This document shows positions 1-7,521 of a stretch of DNA of 64,000 nt, piece after piece (the stretch's first letter is position 1; each line of letters begins with the position of its first letter). A model generated the notes under the pieces. The model made no database searches. It saw only the letters and a list, made by a program, of their open reading frames with translations, and was not told the origin of the DNA. The position numbers were made by a program, and so were the translations under genes. Where the stretch lies: the NCBI GenBank assembly GCA_017398545.1, contig JAFQFT010000013.1, positions 5,572 through 69,571 on the forward strand, read 5' to 3'. Origin of the DNA: Bacilli bacterium. Lineage in GTDB: Bacteria > Bacillota_I > Bacilli_A > ML615J-28 > CAG-313.

Positions 1-610
1 TCAACTCTTTGTAATCAACATACAAACTTAAAGCATTTTCTTTTGTTAAACCACAATAATCAATTCCCCATAATTCGAATGCTACAGAAGGATCAAATAA
101 TTCATCCATTAACTTAATAAAGTTAGATGTATCCTTATAATTTACTTTAGTTATGCAATGTTTAATAACAATTTTAATACCATAATAATGAATGTTAAGT
201 AAACCATTAATTGATTTATTAAAACTACCTTTACTAAGGTTCTGTGATTCATGTGTTTCTGCACCGCTGCTATGAATAGTTGTTATTATTTGAAAACGAT
301 TTTTGTCAATATGTTTAGAAAGCTCATATGCAAATTTTATGTCGTAAAGTTTCTCAGCATTTGTTAAAATCGTTGTATAAATATTATTTTCTTTAAAGTA
401 ATCCAAAATATCAAAGATTTCATCGTGTAATAGAGGTTCTCCACCACTTAATGTAACATAAATACGCTCATTTTTATCAATGAAAGGTTTAATTTTGGTT
501 TTTATATCATCTAAAGATAACTTTTGTCCTTTAAATGAATTTTTACCACATGGACAACCTAAACACTTTTGATTACAACCATAAATTATTGCAAAATATA
601 AATTTACCAT
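1..610 (-). CDS. Radical SAM protein, partial (3' end lies beyond position 1; first 203 aa visible)
   Basis: I translated the minus strand from the ATG at 610: MVNLYFAIIYGCNQKCLGCPCGK...LSGGEPLLHDE.... It has a CX3CX2C motif (CNQKCLGC) near the N-terminus and a GGEPLL SAM-binding-type motif. The frame stays open to position 1. The ATG sits inside the stop region of the upstream gene (AAATGGTAA). It is absent from the supplied ORF track because it runs off the window. Confidence 0.75.
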   Translation of the reverse strand, partial: MVNLYFAIIYGCNQKCLGCPCGKNSFKGQKLSLDDIKTKIKPFIDKNERIYVTLSGGEPLLHDEIFDILDYFKENNIYTTILTNAEKLYDIKFAYELSKHIDKNRFQIITTIHSSGAETHESQNLSKGSFNKSINGLLNIHYYGIKIVIKHCITKVNYKDTSNFIKLMDELFDPSVAFELWGIDYCGLTKENALSLYVDYKEL

Positions 611-1158
611 TTTATTGCCTCCAAATACACTTGATTATTTATAAAAGACTTTTTGGTCAACGAATAAATGTATAAATCATAATACTCATCGTTATGTTTT
701 CGATAATCTTTCAATGTAGCTTCCTTTATAACACCTGGAAATTGCATTAAAGAAATTGAATTTTGATTATACGAATAAACCTCGAAAAATATTTTATTTA
801 GACTTAGTTTTTCGAATAAATGATTTAGATATAGAACTGCAGCTTCAACAGAGTATATTTTATTACGATATTCTTCACAAATGTAAATAGTTACAAAAGC
901 GTGAGAATCAATATTTCGAATATTATATGCAAATATAAATCCCATTCTCTTGTTTGAATTATTTTCATAGATTACATAAAACGAGCGATAATGACTTTTA
1001 AGCATTTCATTCATTTCTGTTTGAAACTCAAAATATGTTTGTTTACTGTTTTTGTTACTCCATAAATATAAATCATCTAAACAAAATTTTTCATAAATAA
1101 AATGATAGTCATCTCTATCTTTAATATAATTTAAATATAAATGTTTTCCTAAAATCAT
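604..1158 (-). CDS. GNAT-like (RimJ/RimL-type) acyl/acetyltransferase
   Basis: 184-aa ORF with SD AGAGGA 5 nt before the ATG. The C-terminal half (LNKIFFEVYSYNQNSISLMQFPGVIKEATLKDY) resembles the RimJ/RimL GNAT pattern. There is a 1-nt gap to the upstream gene and an overlap with the downstream rSAM gene. Confidence 0.5.
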   Translation of the reverse strand: MILGKHLYLNYIKDRDDYHFIYEKFCLDDLYLWSNKNSKQTYFEFQTEMNEMLKSHYRSFYVIYENNSNKRMGFIFAYNIRNIDSHAFVTIYICEEYRNKIYSVEAAVLYLNHLFEKLSLNKIFFEVYSYNQNSISLMQFPGVIKEATLKDYRKHNDEYYDLYIYSLTKKSFINNQVYLEAIKW

Positions 1159-1159
1159 A

Positions 1160-2512
1160 TTAGTCCTCTATTTTGATTTCACCTAATGATAATATTTCAA
1201 TAACTTTTTTATTAGTTAAAGCATATTCTATTAATTTAGGGTAAAGATATTCATTAATGCTACATTGCGTTTCGTCAATTTCTGTAAATGATTTTTTATA
1301 CGATATTATTGAAGCAGTGCATCCACCACGGCAATAAACATACCAAGGACATTTATCACATTTGAAATCATTTTTTTTCAAAAAGAAAGGATTGCTTTGA
1401 ATTGATTTCTCTAAAATATCAGTCAAATCACCATCTTGAATATTACCTATTTTAACAATTTCATTACCTACTAATTCACAAGGATAGATATTACCATCTC
1501 TGGAAAAAGTAATAAATTTATATCCACCTAAACATCCATTTGAATGACATAATTCACTATTCCATCCCTTAAATAAATTTATGATTCGATCATAAATATT
1601 CATATCTGTAATTGTATAACCTTCTTTATAGAGTTTTAATAAAATATTTATTAATCGTTCATAAAACATTGGAATATCTTTTTCTGTTAATACAGATTCC
1701 ATTGGAAAAACATCTGAATTAGGATGGACGAAATTTAACTTTATTTTTTTAATTTTTAAATCTTTAGCAAACGAAATAATGCTATCTTCTAAATAATCTA
1801 AGGACATCTTTGTAACTACAGAAATTGTTTGGACATTATATCCATTATACTTTTGAAGATTTTTTATCCCCTCAATAACTTTAAAATATGAGTCTTTCCC
1901 ATCAAAATATTTACGATGAATATTATGGATTTTTTCGTTACCATCAATACTTACTGCAACAGAAATTTTTCTATCATGCAACTCTTTAGCTATTTCCTGA
2001 GTAATTAAAGTTCCGTTAGTTTGAATAACAATCTCAGCCTTTATATTATTTTCTTTAAAGAAATCATCCATTTTTAGTATTTCTTTATATGCTAAAAAGG
2101 GCTCTCCACCCCATGGTTGAATCGTGATAGGTCTGTTGCCATTACTTTTTACATAATTTTTTATATAATCTAAAATTGCAAATAATTCATTTTCTTTAAT
2201 AACTGAACCACGTGAAATAAAATCTCTTAAACAATAATAGCATCCTAAATTGCAACAAGTAGAAAAATCAATCATAAAAAAAGAAATTTTTGGTTTTAAA
2301 GATCGAATTTCAAAGCGATCAGTTTTATAAAAAGAATTAAGTAAAAGTTTATATTTTAATTCCTCACAACATTTATCTTCAATTAAATCATCATACAATA
2401 CTTTTTCTAATATTAAACCATTTCCATTTTTTGATAATATAAATACTTTATCACATGATTTTTGTGAATAAATTATATTAAATTTTTCTATTTTATTATT
2501 CAAGAAAACCAC
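1160..2512 (-). CDS. Radical SAM peptide-modifying enzyme with C-terminal SPASM domain
   Basis: CX3CX2C motif (CNLGCYYC), a GGEPF motif, and the SPASM signature CX2CX5CX3C (CDKCPWYVYCRGGC) plus upstream Cys residues (CHSNGC...YPCE). The start is uncertain: GTG at 2512 or TTG at 2503, the latter with better SD spacing (GAAGGTGG-5nt-TTG). Confidence 0.85.
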   Translation of the reverse strand: MVFLNNKIEKFNIIYSQKSCDKVFILSKNGNGLILEKVLYDDLIEDKCCEELKYKLLLNSFYKTDRFEIRSLKPKISFFMIDFSTCCNLGCYYCLRDFISRGSVIKENELFAILDYIKNYVKSNGNRPITIQPWGGEPFLAYKEILKMDDFFKENNIKAEIVIQTNGTLITQEIAKELHDRKISVAVSIDGNEKIHNIHRKYFDGKDSYFKVIEGIKNLQKYNGYNVQTISVVTKMSLDYLEDSIISFAKDLKIKKIKLNFVHPNSDVFPMESVLTEKDIPMFYERLINILLKLYKEGYTITDMNIYDRIINLFKGWNSELCHSNGCLGGYKFITFSRDGNIYPCELVGNEIVKIGNIQDGDLTDILEKSIQSNPFFLKKNDFKCDKCPWYVYCRGGCTASIISYKKSFTEIDETQCSINEYLYPKLIEYALTNKKVIEILSLGEIKIED

Positions 2513-2744
2513 CTTCTTCTAATTTGTTATAAACATCATGTTCAGTTAATTTTTTTATTGTATCAATAGGTGACCCAATTAATAAAGAATTTAATAATAA
2601 ATTCAATTTATATCTATTTCCATTGATAATAAGTTCATTATTGTTTCTACAACATTTCAAAAATAAACTATCATTTTCTAAAGCATAAATCGTTGATGAT
2701 GATAATTTAATAGTATTTAAGTTATTTTTTTTTAGTACAACCAT
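2496..2744 (-). CDS. Small PqqD-like / RRE-type peptide-binding protein (tentative)
   Basis: 82 aa, sitting immediately upstream of the rSAM-SPASM gene and overlapping it by 17 nt. Its size and position are typical of PqqD-family chaperones. Sequence similarity is judged only loosely by eye. Confidence 0.4.
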   Translation of the reverse strand: MVVLKKNNLNTIKLSSSTIYALENDSLFLKCCRNNNELIINGNRYKLNLLLNSLLIGSPIDTIKKLTEHDVYNKLEEGGFLE

Positions 2745-2748
2745 AAGA

Positions 2749-3696
2749 TTACCTATTATCTTTCCATTTTCCTAGTTCGGGATAAAAACATTCCAAACCA
2801 TTCTCGCAATTTAATTTTTTTATTAGTTTAAATTTATTTAAATTAGCAATAAATTCATTTTTCGAATGGCTTTTCGCTGCTAATTCTCTTATTTCAAAAA
2901 TAGTTTTACAAACATATAATATAAAATCGACATCAAATTCTCTTCCCGTAATTTTAATAGAATTAACACCGATTTCTAAAAAATCATAAATAGCACAAAT
3001 TCCACATCCATAATTTAATAAAGAATTAGAATATACATCATGATTTTCATTATACAAATCAACATCCATATTTATATTCCATTTATTACTTAGAGAAAAC
3101 TTACACATTCCCCCGTTTTCAGTATGAAGGCAAAAGCAATTTCCATTTGAAAATCTGCAACCACTTAAAAAAACAAAACACTCAATTTCAATATTTAATT
3201 CAGTTCTAAATTTTTTAATTTCTTCATAAGAAACGTCTCTTGATAAAATTAATCTATCGACTTTATATCTTTTTATTAACGCTTTCACAGCAGAAATATT
3301 GTATAAAGCAAATATGGTTGATAAATAAATTTTAAGATTAAATTTATTAGCAATTTTTAAGATATTCAAATCACTAACAATAAATCCATCTCCACCCTCT
3401 CTTTCAAATTGTGACATTATTTTCTCAATACTTTGCAATTGTTCGTCACTATAAGAATGAGCATTACAAACCAAAAAGACTTCTTTTTTATTATTTTTTA
3501 TAATGTCAATTACTCTTTTTACATTATCAATATTCTTAAATGATGCTTTAGAACTAAATCCTCTCGAATGATAAGATAAAAAATTATCTTTTTGATCTTT
3601 CCAATCATCATTATTAAAGCTTAAATAAAATTCATCAGCATATTTAACTAATTCTTCTATTTTACTATCTTCATTTATTGGACAAAATATTTTCAT
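2749..3696 (-). CDS. Peptidase-U32-family protein (possible Fe-S enzyme rather than a protease)
   Basis: 315 aa. The Cys-rich segment IECFVFLSGCRFSNGNCFCLHTENGGMCKF resembles the U32 family signature as I remember it (E-x-F-x2-G-[SA]-x-C-x4-G-x-C). The N-terminal half is TIM-barrel-like (DGFIVSDLNILKIA). Confidence 0.6.
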   Translation of the reverse strand: MKIFCPINEDSKIEELVKYADEFYLSFNNDDWKDQKDNFLSYHSRGFSSKASFKNIDNVKRVIDIIKNNKKEVFLVCNAHSYSDEQLQSIEKIMSQFEREGGDGFIVSDLNILKIANKFNLKIYLSTIFALYNISAVKALIKRYKVDRLILSRDVSYEEIKKFRTELNIEIECFVFLSGCRFSNGNCFCLHTENGGMCKFSLSNKWNINMDVDLYNENHDVYSNSLLNYGCGICAIYDFLEIGVNSIKITGREFDVDFILYVCKTIFEIRELAAKSHSKNEFIANLNKFKLIKKLNCENGLECFYPELGKWKDNR

Positions 3697-3704
3697 AATA
3701 ACAT

Positions 3705-6035
3705 TTAACCCTCAATATACTTTAATATAATTTCAAAATCATCATTTTTAAGTAAATCAATTACCTTTTTGTCAAGTTTTCCTTGGTAATATAATGCATT
3801 CATATATTTATAAACTTTAATTTGATTATAATTTGTAGTTGAGCAATATTTTAAACATTCAAAGGAACAATTAACATTTTTAAACTTAGAAGCACACTTT
3901 TTATTAATTCCTGAAAATTCACAAATATTTCCACATGCCTCTAAAATATAAGGATAATTAATATATATTTTATTTAAACTTTGTGGTAATATAAAGTGTT
4001 CTGTTATGTGAGGTTCTAAAGTAACACTACGTATATTATGTTCTTCATAATACTTAAGATTTTCAGAACTAAAAACCCCAATACCTTCATTTGTTAGAAA
4101 AATATTTTTTGTTCTAAAATCACGGATTCTTTTGTCAAACAATCTTCCCAAAATAATATTTACTTTTTTAGAATAAAGTTCCATTATTCCATAATCATTA
4201 ACAATTAGATAATCAATTACTTTACGCTCAAGTAATTGATCAATAACTTGTACAAACTTTTGAAAATATTCTTCTCTAACATTTGGCACAATAAAATACG
4301 TTAAAAGATTTTTTTCTTTCGCCGATATATATTTTTTTATAAGTTTTTCTGCATTTATAGCATCAATAAATCTAGAACAAGTGCTTGAACCATAAATAAC
4401 ACCTTTAATATATGAATTATGTGGATTAATTAACTCAATACATAACTTCGAAATATTATCTAATGACATATCAATTACTGTAAATCGATCACTCAAATCA
4501 ACAATAATACCTTTTTTAAACATCAAAGATGTTTCCTTAGTCAAATAATTATTAACTAATTCCACAATATGCTGCACTTTATCCATTTTTTCAAAATCTT
4601 TATCGCTAAATGTAATATTATACTTTTTTTCTATTTCAACAATAATTAAAAAGAAATCCACTGATGTAATATTTAAATCATATTTCAGGTCGGAGTTATA
4701 AAGTACTTCAACATTAATATATTTTTCAATTAAAGTTTTAATTTCAGTAAATAGTTCATTTTTTACATCATTTCTTTGAACCTTGTGTGCATCTGAATAA
4801 ATTAAATCACCATAGATAATTTGAGTTATAAGATTAAAATTAGGAATCATACTTAATTGTTGAACATTTAATCTGCTTATCGAATCAATTTTTAAAAAGA
4901 GCTTATCGTTTTTTAAAAATAATAATGATCCTTTAACTCCATCAAACTCATTTACAACATTTTCAATTTGTTCAGGAAAAACTTTTAACCCATTTGGTAA
5001 AACAATTAATGTATCACTTCGTCCAAGTAACAATATTTTTTTATCATTTGTTAACATTCCTAAATCGTTAGATGAAAATAAAGGTTGAGTTAAAAAGTTA
5101 GGATAGTATCCTTTCATAACATTTTTACCTTCAACCGTAATTTCATTTTCTCTATTAATTGTTATATTTACGCCTTCGATTAACGAAATAACATTTAATT
5201 TACTAACATTATCAATTAAAGTTATCCCTATGCAGCCTGCTGTTTCTGTAGAACCATAACCGTTAAATAGTTGGAGATTTTTCTTTAAAACTTTATTCGC
5301 TAGTCGTTTAGAAATTTGAGCTCCTCCTACAAGAATTGTTTTCAAATTTAAGTTTTCAATACCATATTTTTCTAAAAAAATAAATAACTTTTCTAATAAT
5401 AACGGTGTTAAATTAATACATGTGGGATTGGCAATAGTAAAAGAATCAAACATTCTATTTACATCATTATTTACATATACTTTTGAACCACCAAAAATTG
5501 GTAAAAAATAATCAGCTATTAAGCCGAATACATGATGAATTGGAAGAATGCTTAAATATGAACATTTTTGATTACTTTTTAAAATTTTCCAACCCCCATT
5601 AACTGCAGCATACAAATTATTATTTGAAAGCATAACACCTTTTTTTTCTAAAGTTGTACCGGAAGTAAAAATAATTGTTGAAACGTTATCTTCATCTAAT
5701 TCTTTTTCTAACTTAAATTCAGTTTTTTCAAAACATTCTTGTAAAATGGAATTAAACTTTATATCATTAATTATTTCAACACAATTAATTAAATTATTTT
5801 GATCAGCAAAAACTGCTATATTATCAGTAAATATAATCGATAAGTATGCAGCAAAAAAATTTATCTTATCCTTAATTATTATGTTAAAATAACATCTATT
5901 ATATTTAGAAAAGTAATTGGATATTTTACTTACTAATGAAAAGAATTCACCATATGAATAATTAATATTTTCAGAACTAAAAAGAATTAGATTTTTATTA
6001 TTGTTAAAAGAATCAATTAAAGCATTCTTTAACAT
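3705..6035 (-). CDS. Tri-domain fusion: AMP-forming adenylation enzyme, acyl/peptidyl carrier domain and U32-like domain
   Basis: Adenylation motifs are TSGTTLEKKG (A3), NGYGSTETAG (A5) and SNDLG...GRSDTLIVLPNGLKVFPEQIE (A7/A8). A carrier-like helix with a Ser follows (LNITSVDFFLIIVEIEKKYNITF). The C-terminal ~270 aa are U32-like (IDYLIVNDYGIMELY...; Cys-rich EACGNICEF...CSFECLKYC). The ATG overlaps the precursor stop (TAATG). Confidence 0.7.
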   Translation of the reverse strand: MLKNALIDSFNNNKNLILFSSENINYSYGEFFSLVSKISNYFSKYNRCYFNIIIKDKINFFAAYLSIIFTDNIAVFADQNNLINCVEIINDIKFNSILQECFEKTEFKLEKELDEDNVSTIIFTSGTTLEKKGVMLSNNNLYAAVNGGWKILKSNQKCSYLSILPIHHVFGLIADYFLPIFGGSKVYVNNDVNRMFDSFTIANPTCINLTPLLLEKLFIFLEKYGIENLNLKTILVGGAQISKRLANKVLKKNLQLFNGYGSTETAGCIGITLIDNVSKLNVISLIEGVNITINRENEITVEGKNVMKGYYPNFLTQPLFSSNDLGMLTNDKKILLLGRSDTLIVLPNGLKVFPEQIENVVNEFDGVKGSLLFLKNDKLFLKIDSISRLNVQQLSMIPNFNLITQIIYGDLIYSDAHKVQRNDVKNELFTEIKTLIEKYINVEVLYNSDLKYDLNITSVDFFLIIVEIEKKYNITFSDKDFEKMDKVQHIVELVNNYLTKETSLMFKKGIIVDLSDRFTVIDMSLDNISKLCIELINPHNSYIKGVIYGSSTCSRFIDAINAEKLIKKYISAKEKNLLTYFIVPNVREEYFQKFVQVIDQLLERKVIDYLIVNDYGIMELYSKKVNIILGRLFDKRIRDFRTKNIFLTNEGIGVFSSENLKYYEEHNIRSVTLEPHITEHFILPQSLNKIYINYPYILEACGNICEFSGINKKCASKFKNVNCSFECLKYCSTTNYNQIKVYKYMNALYYQGKLDKKVIDLLKNDDFEIILKYIEG

Positions 6036-6325
6036 TATTTGCTACTTCCACCTGCACTCCAACTTGTACTATTAGACCAGTATGTCCCACCTGCACTCCA
6101 TTTAGTACTATTAGACCAGTATGTCCCACCTGCACTCCATTTAGTACTATTTGACCAATATGTTCCACCTGCACTCCACGGAGTACTATTTGACCAATAT
6201 GTTCCACCTGCGCTCCATCTTGTGCTATTTGACCAATATGAACTTTGATCATTATTATTTGAAATAGATAAATCGTTACCAAAACATAATACACAATTTA
6301 ATTTTTTAGAATAAACCTTAATCAT
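6035..6325 (-). CDS. Candidate RiPP precursor peptide: ~28-aa leader plus five 13-aa repeats (T/S)YWSNST-x-WSAGG
   Basis: Strong SD (AAGGAGTG, 7 nt before the ATG) and a consensus-like promoter upstream. It is the first gene of the rSAM operon. Sequence: MIKVYSKKLNCVLCFGNDLSISNNNDQS-SYWSNSTRWSAGG-TYWSNSTPWSAGG-TYWSNSTKWSAGG-TYWSNSTKWSAGG-TYWSNSTSWSAGG-SSK. Nucleotide differences between repeats are almost all synonymous in this frame. Confidence 0.75.
   Translation of the reverse strand: MIKVYSKKLNCVLCFGNDLSISNNNDQSSYWSNSTRWSAGGTYWSNSTPWSAGGTYWSNSTKWSAGGTYWSNSTKWSAGGTYWSNSTSWSAGGSSK
6048..6242 (-). repeat. Five tandem 39-bp repeats (unit starts 6048, 6087, 6126, 6165, 6204) encoding the peptide core units
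   Basis: Direct reading of the plus strand gives ccacctgc(a/g)ctcca-nnn-(a/t)gt(a/g)ctat(t/a)(a/t)gacca(g/a)tatg... repeated five times with an exact 39-bp period. Confidence 0.95.
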
Positions 6326-6351
6326 AATTTCACTCCTTTTATATTTTTATT

Positions 6352-6380
6352 ATTTTATCACAATGAAAATAATTAGTCAA
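6352..6380 (-). promoter_or_regulatory. Sigma-A-type promoter of the peptide operon
   Basis: The minus strand reads TTGACT (6380-6375), a 17-nt spacer, then TAAAAT (6357-6352). It lies ~27 nt upstream of the precursor ATG region, ahead of SD AAGGAGTG. Confidence 0.6.
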
Positions 6381-6485
6381 GAAAAATTGTAAAATTTTGT
6401 GGTATTTATGTAAGATATTTTTACAATATTTTATTATTTTTCTCTTTATGATTAAAAAAGTCAAAAATTATTTATATATAAAAAA

Positions 6486-6515
6486 ACCTCTCTTATAGGA
6501 TACTATTAGAGGGGT
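6486..6515. terminator. Bidirectional rho-independent terminator
   Basis: 13-bp stem (one mismatch, one G-U pair) with loop GATA, flanked by an A-run (6481-6486) and a T-run (6515-6520). It lies just downstream of the acyltransferase gene on the minus strand. Confidence 0.7.
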
Positions 6516-6597
6516 TTTTTCTTAAGATATTTTATTAAATCATAAATTAATACAAATAAAAAAATTTAATAAATAATATAATGTTTAATCATAGTTT

Positions 6598-7515
6598 TTA
6601 GTAATTAATAGTAGTTAACTTTTCTTGTTTTTCTATATCGTTTTTAACTTGTTTAAAAATAAATCTCAATAACAATGTCAACAACGATAAACCTAATATA
6701 ATTACAAAAATTACATTTCGATTCGATAAATTAAAAAATTTAATAAATAATCTTGGAACAAGTTGATATGCATAAAGTCCAAAACTAAGTGAACCCAAAA
6801 AATTAAATATCGAAAAATTAAATTTCAATAAAAATGTGAAATAAATTAATGATGGATATAAAATGATGAAAGCAAGCTGTATTAATAGTTTATCACCTGA
6901 ATACATCAAAAATAAAATTGTTAAAGAAAATAAAACAAAAACTAATACCCAATTTAAAATTTTATTAATTTTTAGTTTTGGTATATAACCTATTAATACT
7001 CCTAATGGTAACGCTGCTGCACCTCTAACAAACCCAACATGTTCACACCCAAGATTTCTTAAAACAGTAAATATTAATACCCAACATATTAAAAACATAA
7101 TAAAGTGTTTTTCTCTTTTAAAAAATTTTTTTAAAATAATAAGAATTAAACATGTATAAATCATTTGTTTGACATACCATAAGTAACTCCATAAATTAAG
7201 AGTAAGTTCGTCATTCAAAATAAGACTAATTATACAATAAATTATATTAAAAGATATTCCTACAAATAAAGGTAGGCCTAATTTTAATACTTTCTTTTTA
7301 AAGAATAAAATAATTGCTTCTCTAAAATTCATATCATGTACTTTTTCTAAAAATCCGATAAATAAATAACCAGTTAAAATAAAGAAAAATTCAACACAGA
7401 TAAAACCAGATGAAAAGTAAGGACCACCATATATAAACATTGAATGACTTTTTACAACGATTAAAGATAATATAAATCTATATAATTCAATTAAACTATT
7501 TTTCTTCATACTCAA
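6598..7515 (-). CDS. Integral membrane acyltransferase (acyltransferase_3 / OafA-like family)
   Basis: 305 aa and polytopic. The N-terminal LIELYRFILSLIVVKSHS resembles the conserved start of acyltransferase-3 proteins (R...H motif). Confidence 0.5.
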   Translation of the reverse strand: MSMKKNSLIELYRFILSLIVVKSHSMFIYGGPYFSSGFICVEFFFILTGYLFIGFLEKVHDMNFREAIILFFKKKVLKLGLPLFVGISFNIIYCIISLILNDELTLNLWSYLWYVKQMIYTCLILIILKKFFKREKHFIMFLICWVLIFTVLRNLGCEHVGFVRGAAALPLGVLIGYIPKLKINKILNWVLVFVLFSLTILFLMYSGDKLLIQLAFIILYPSLIYFTFLLKFNFSIFNFLGSLSFGLYAYQLVPRLFIKFFNLSNRNVIFVIILGLSLLTLLLRFIFKQVKNDIEKQEKLTTINY

Positions 7516-7521
7516 ATTTTA

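Noticed and set aside
6013-6294. Alternative ORFs through the 39-bp repeat: 6013-6294 on the minus strand (93 aa, HIGQIV/GVQV repeats) and 6039-6248 on the plus strand (69 aa, PPALHLVL repeats).
   Set aside because: All three frames stay open only because the repeat lacks stops. Only the 6035-6325 frame has a strong SD and promoter and is stop-start coupled to the next gene. The differences between repeats are synonymous in that frame, not in these two.
6035-6325. N-glycosylation of the repeated N-S-T sequons in the precursor.
   Set aside because: The sequon is present five times, but no glycosyltransferase is encoded in the visible operon. This cannot be supported from the sequence. It remains a possibility if one lies beyond position 1.
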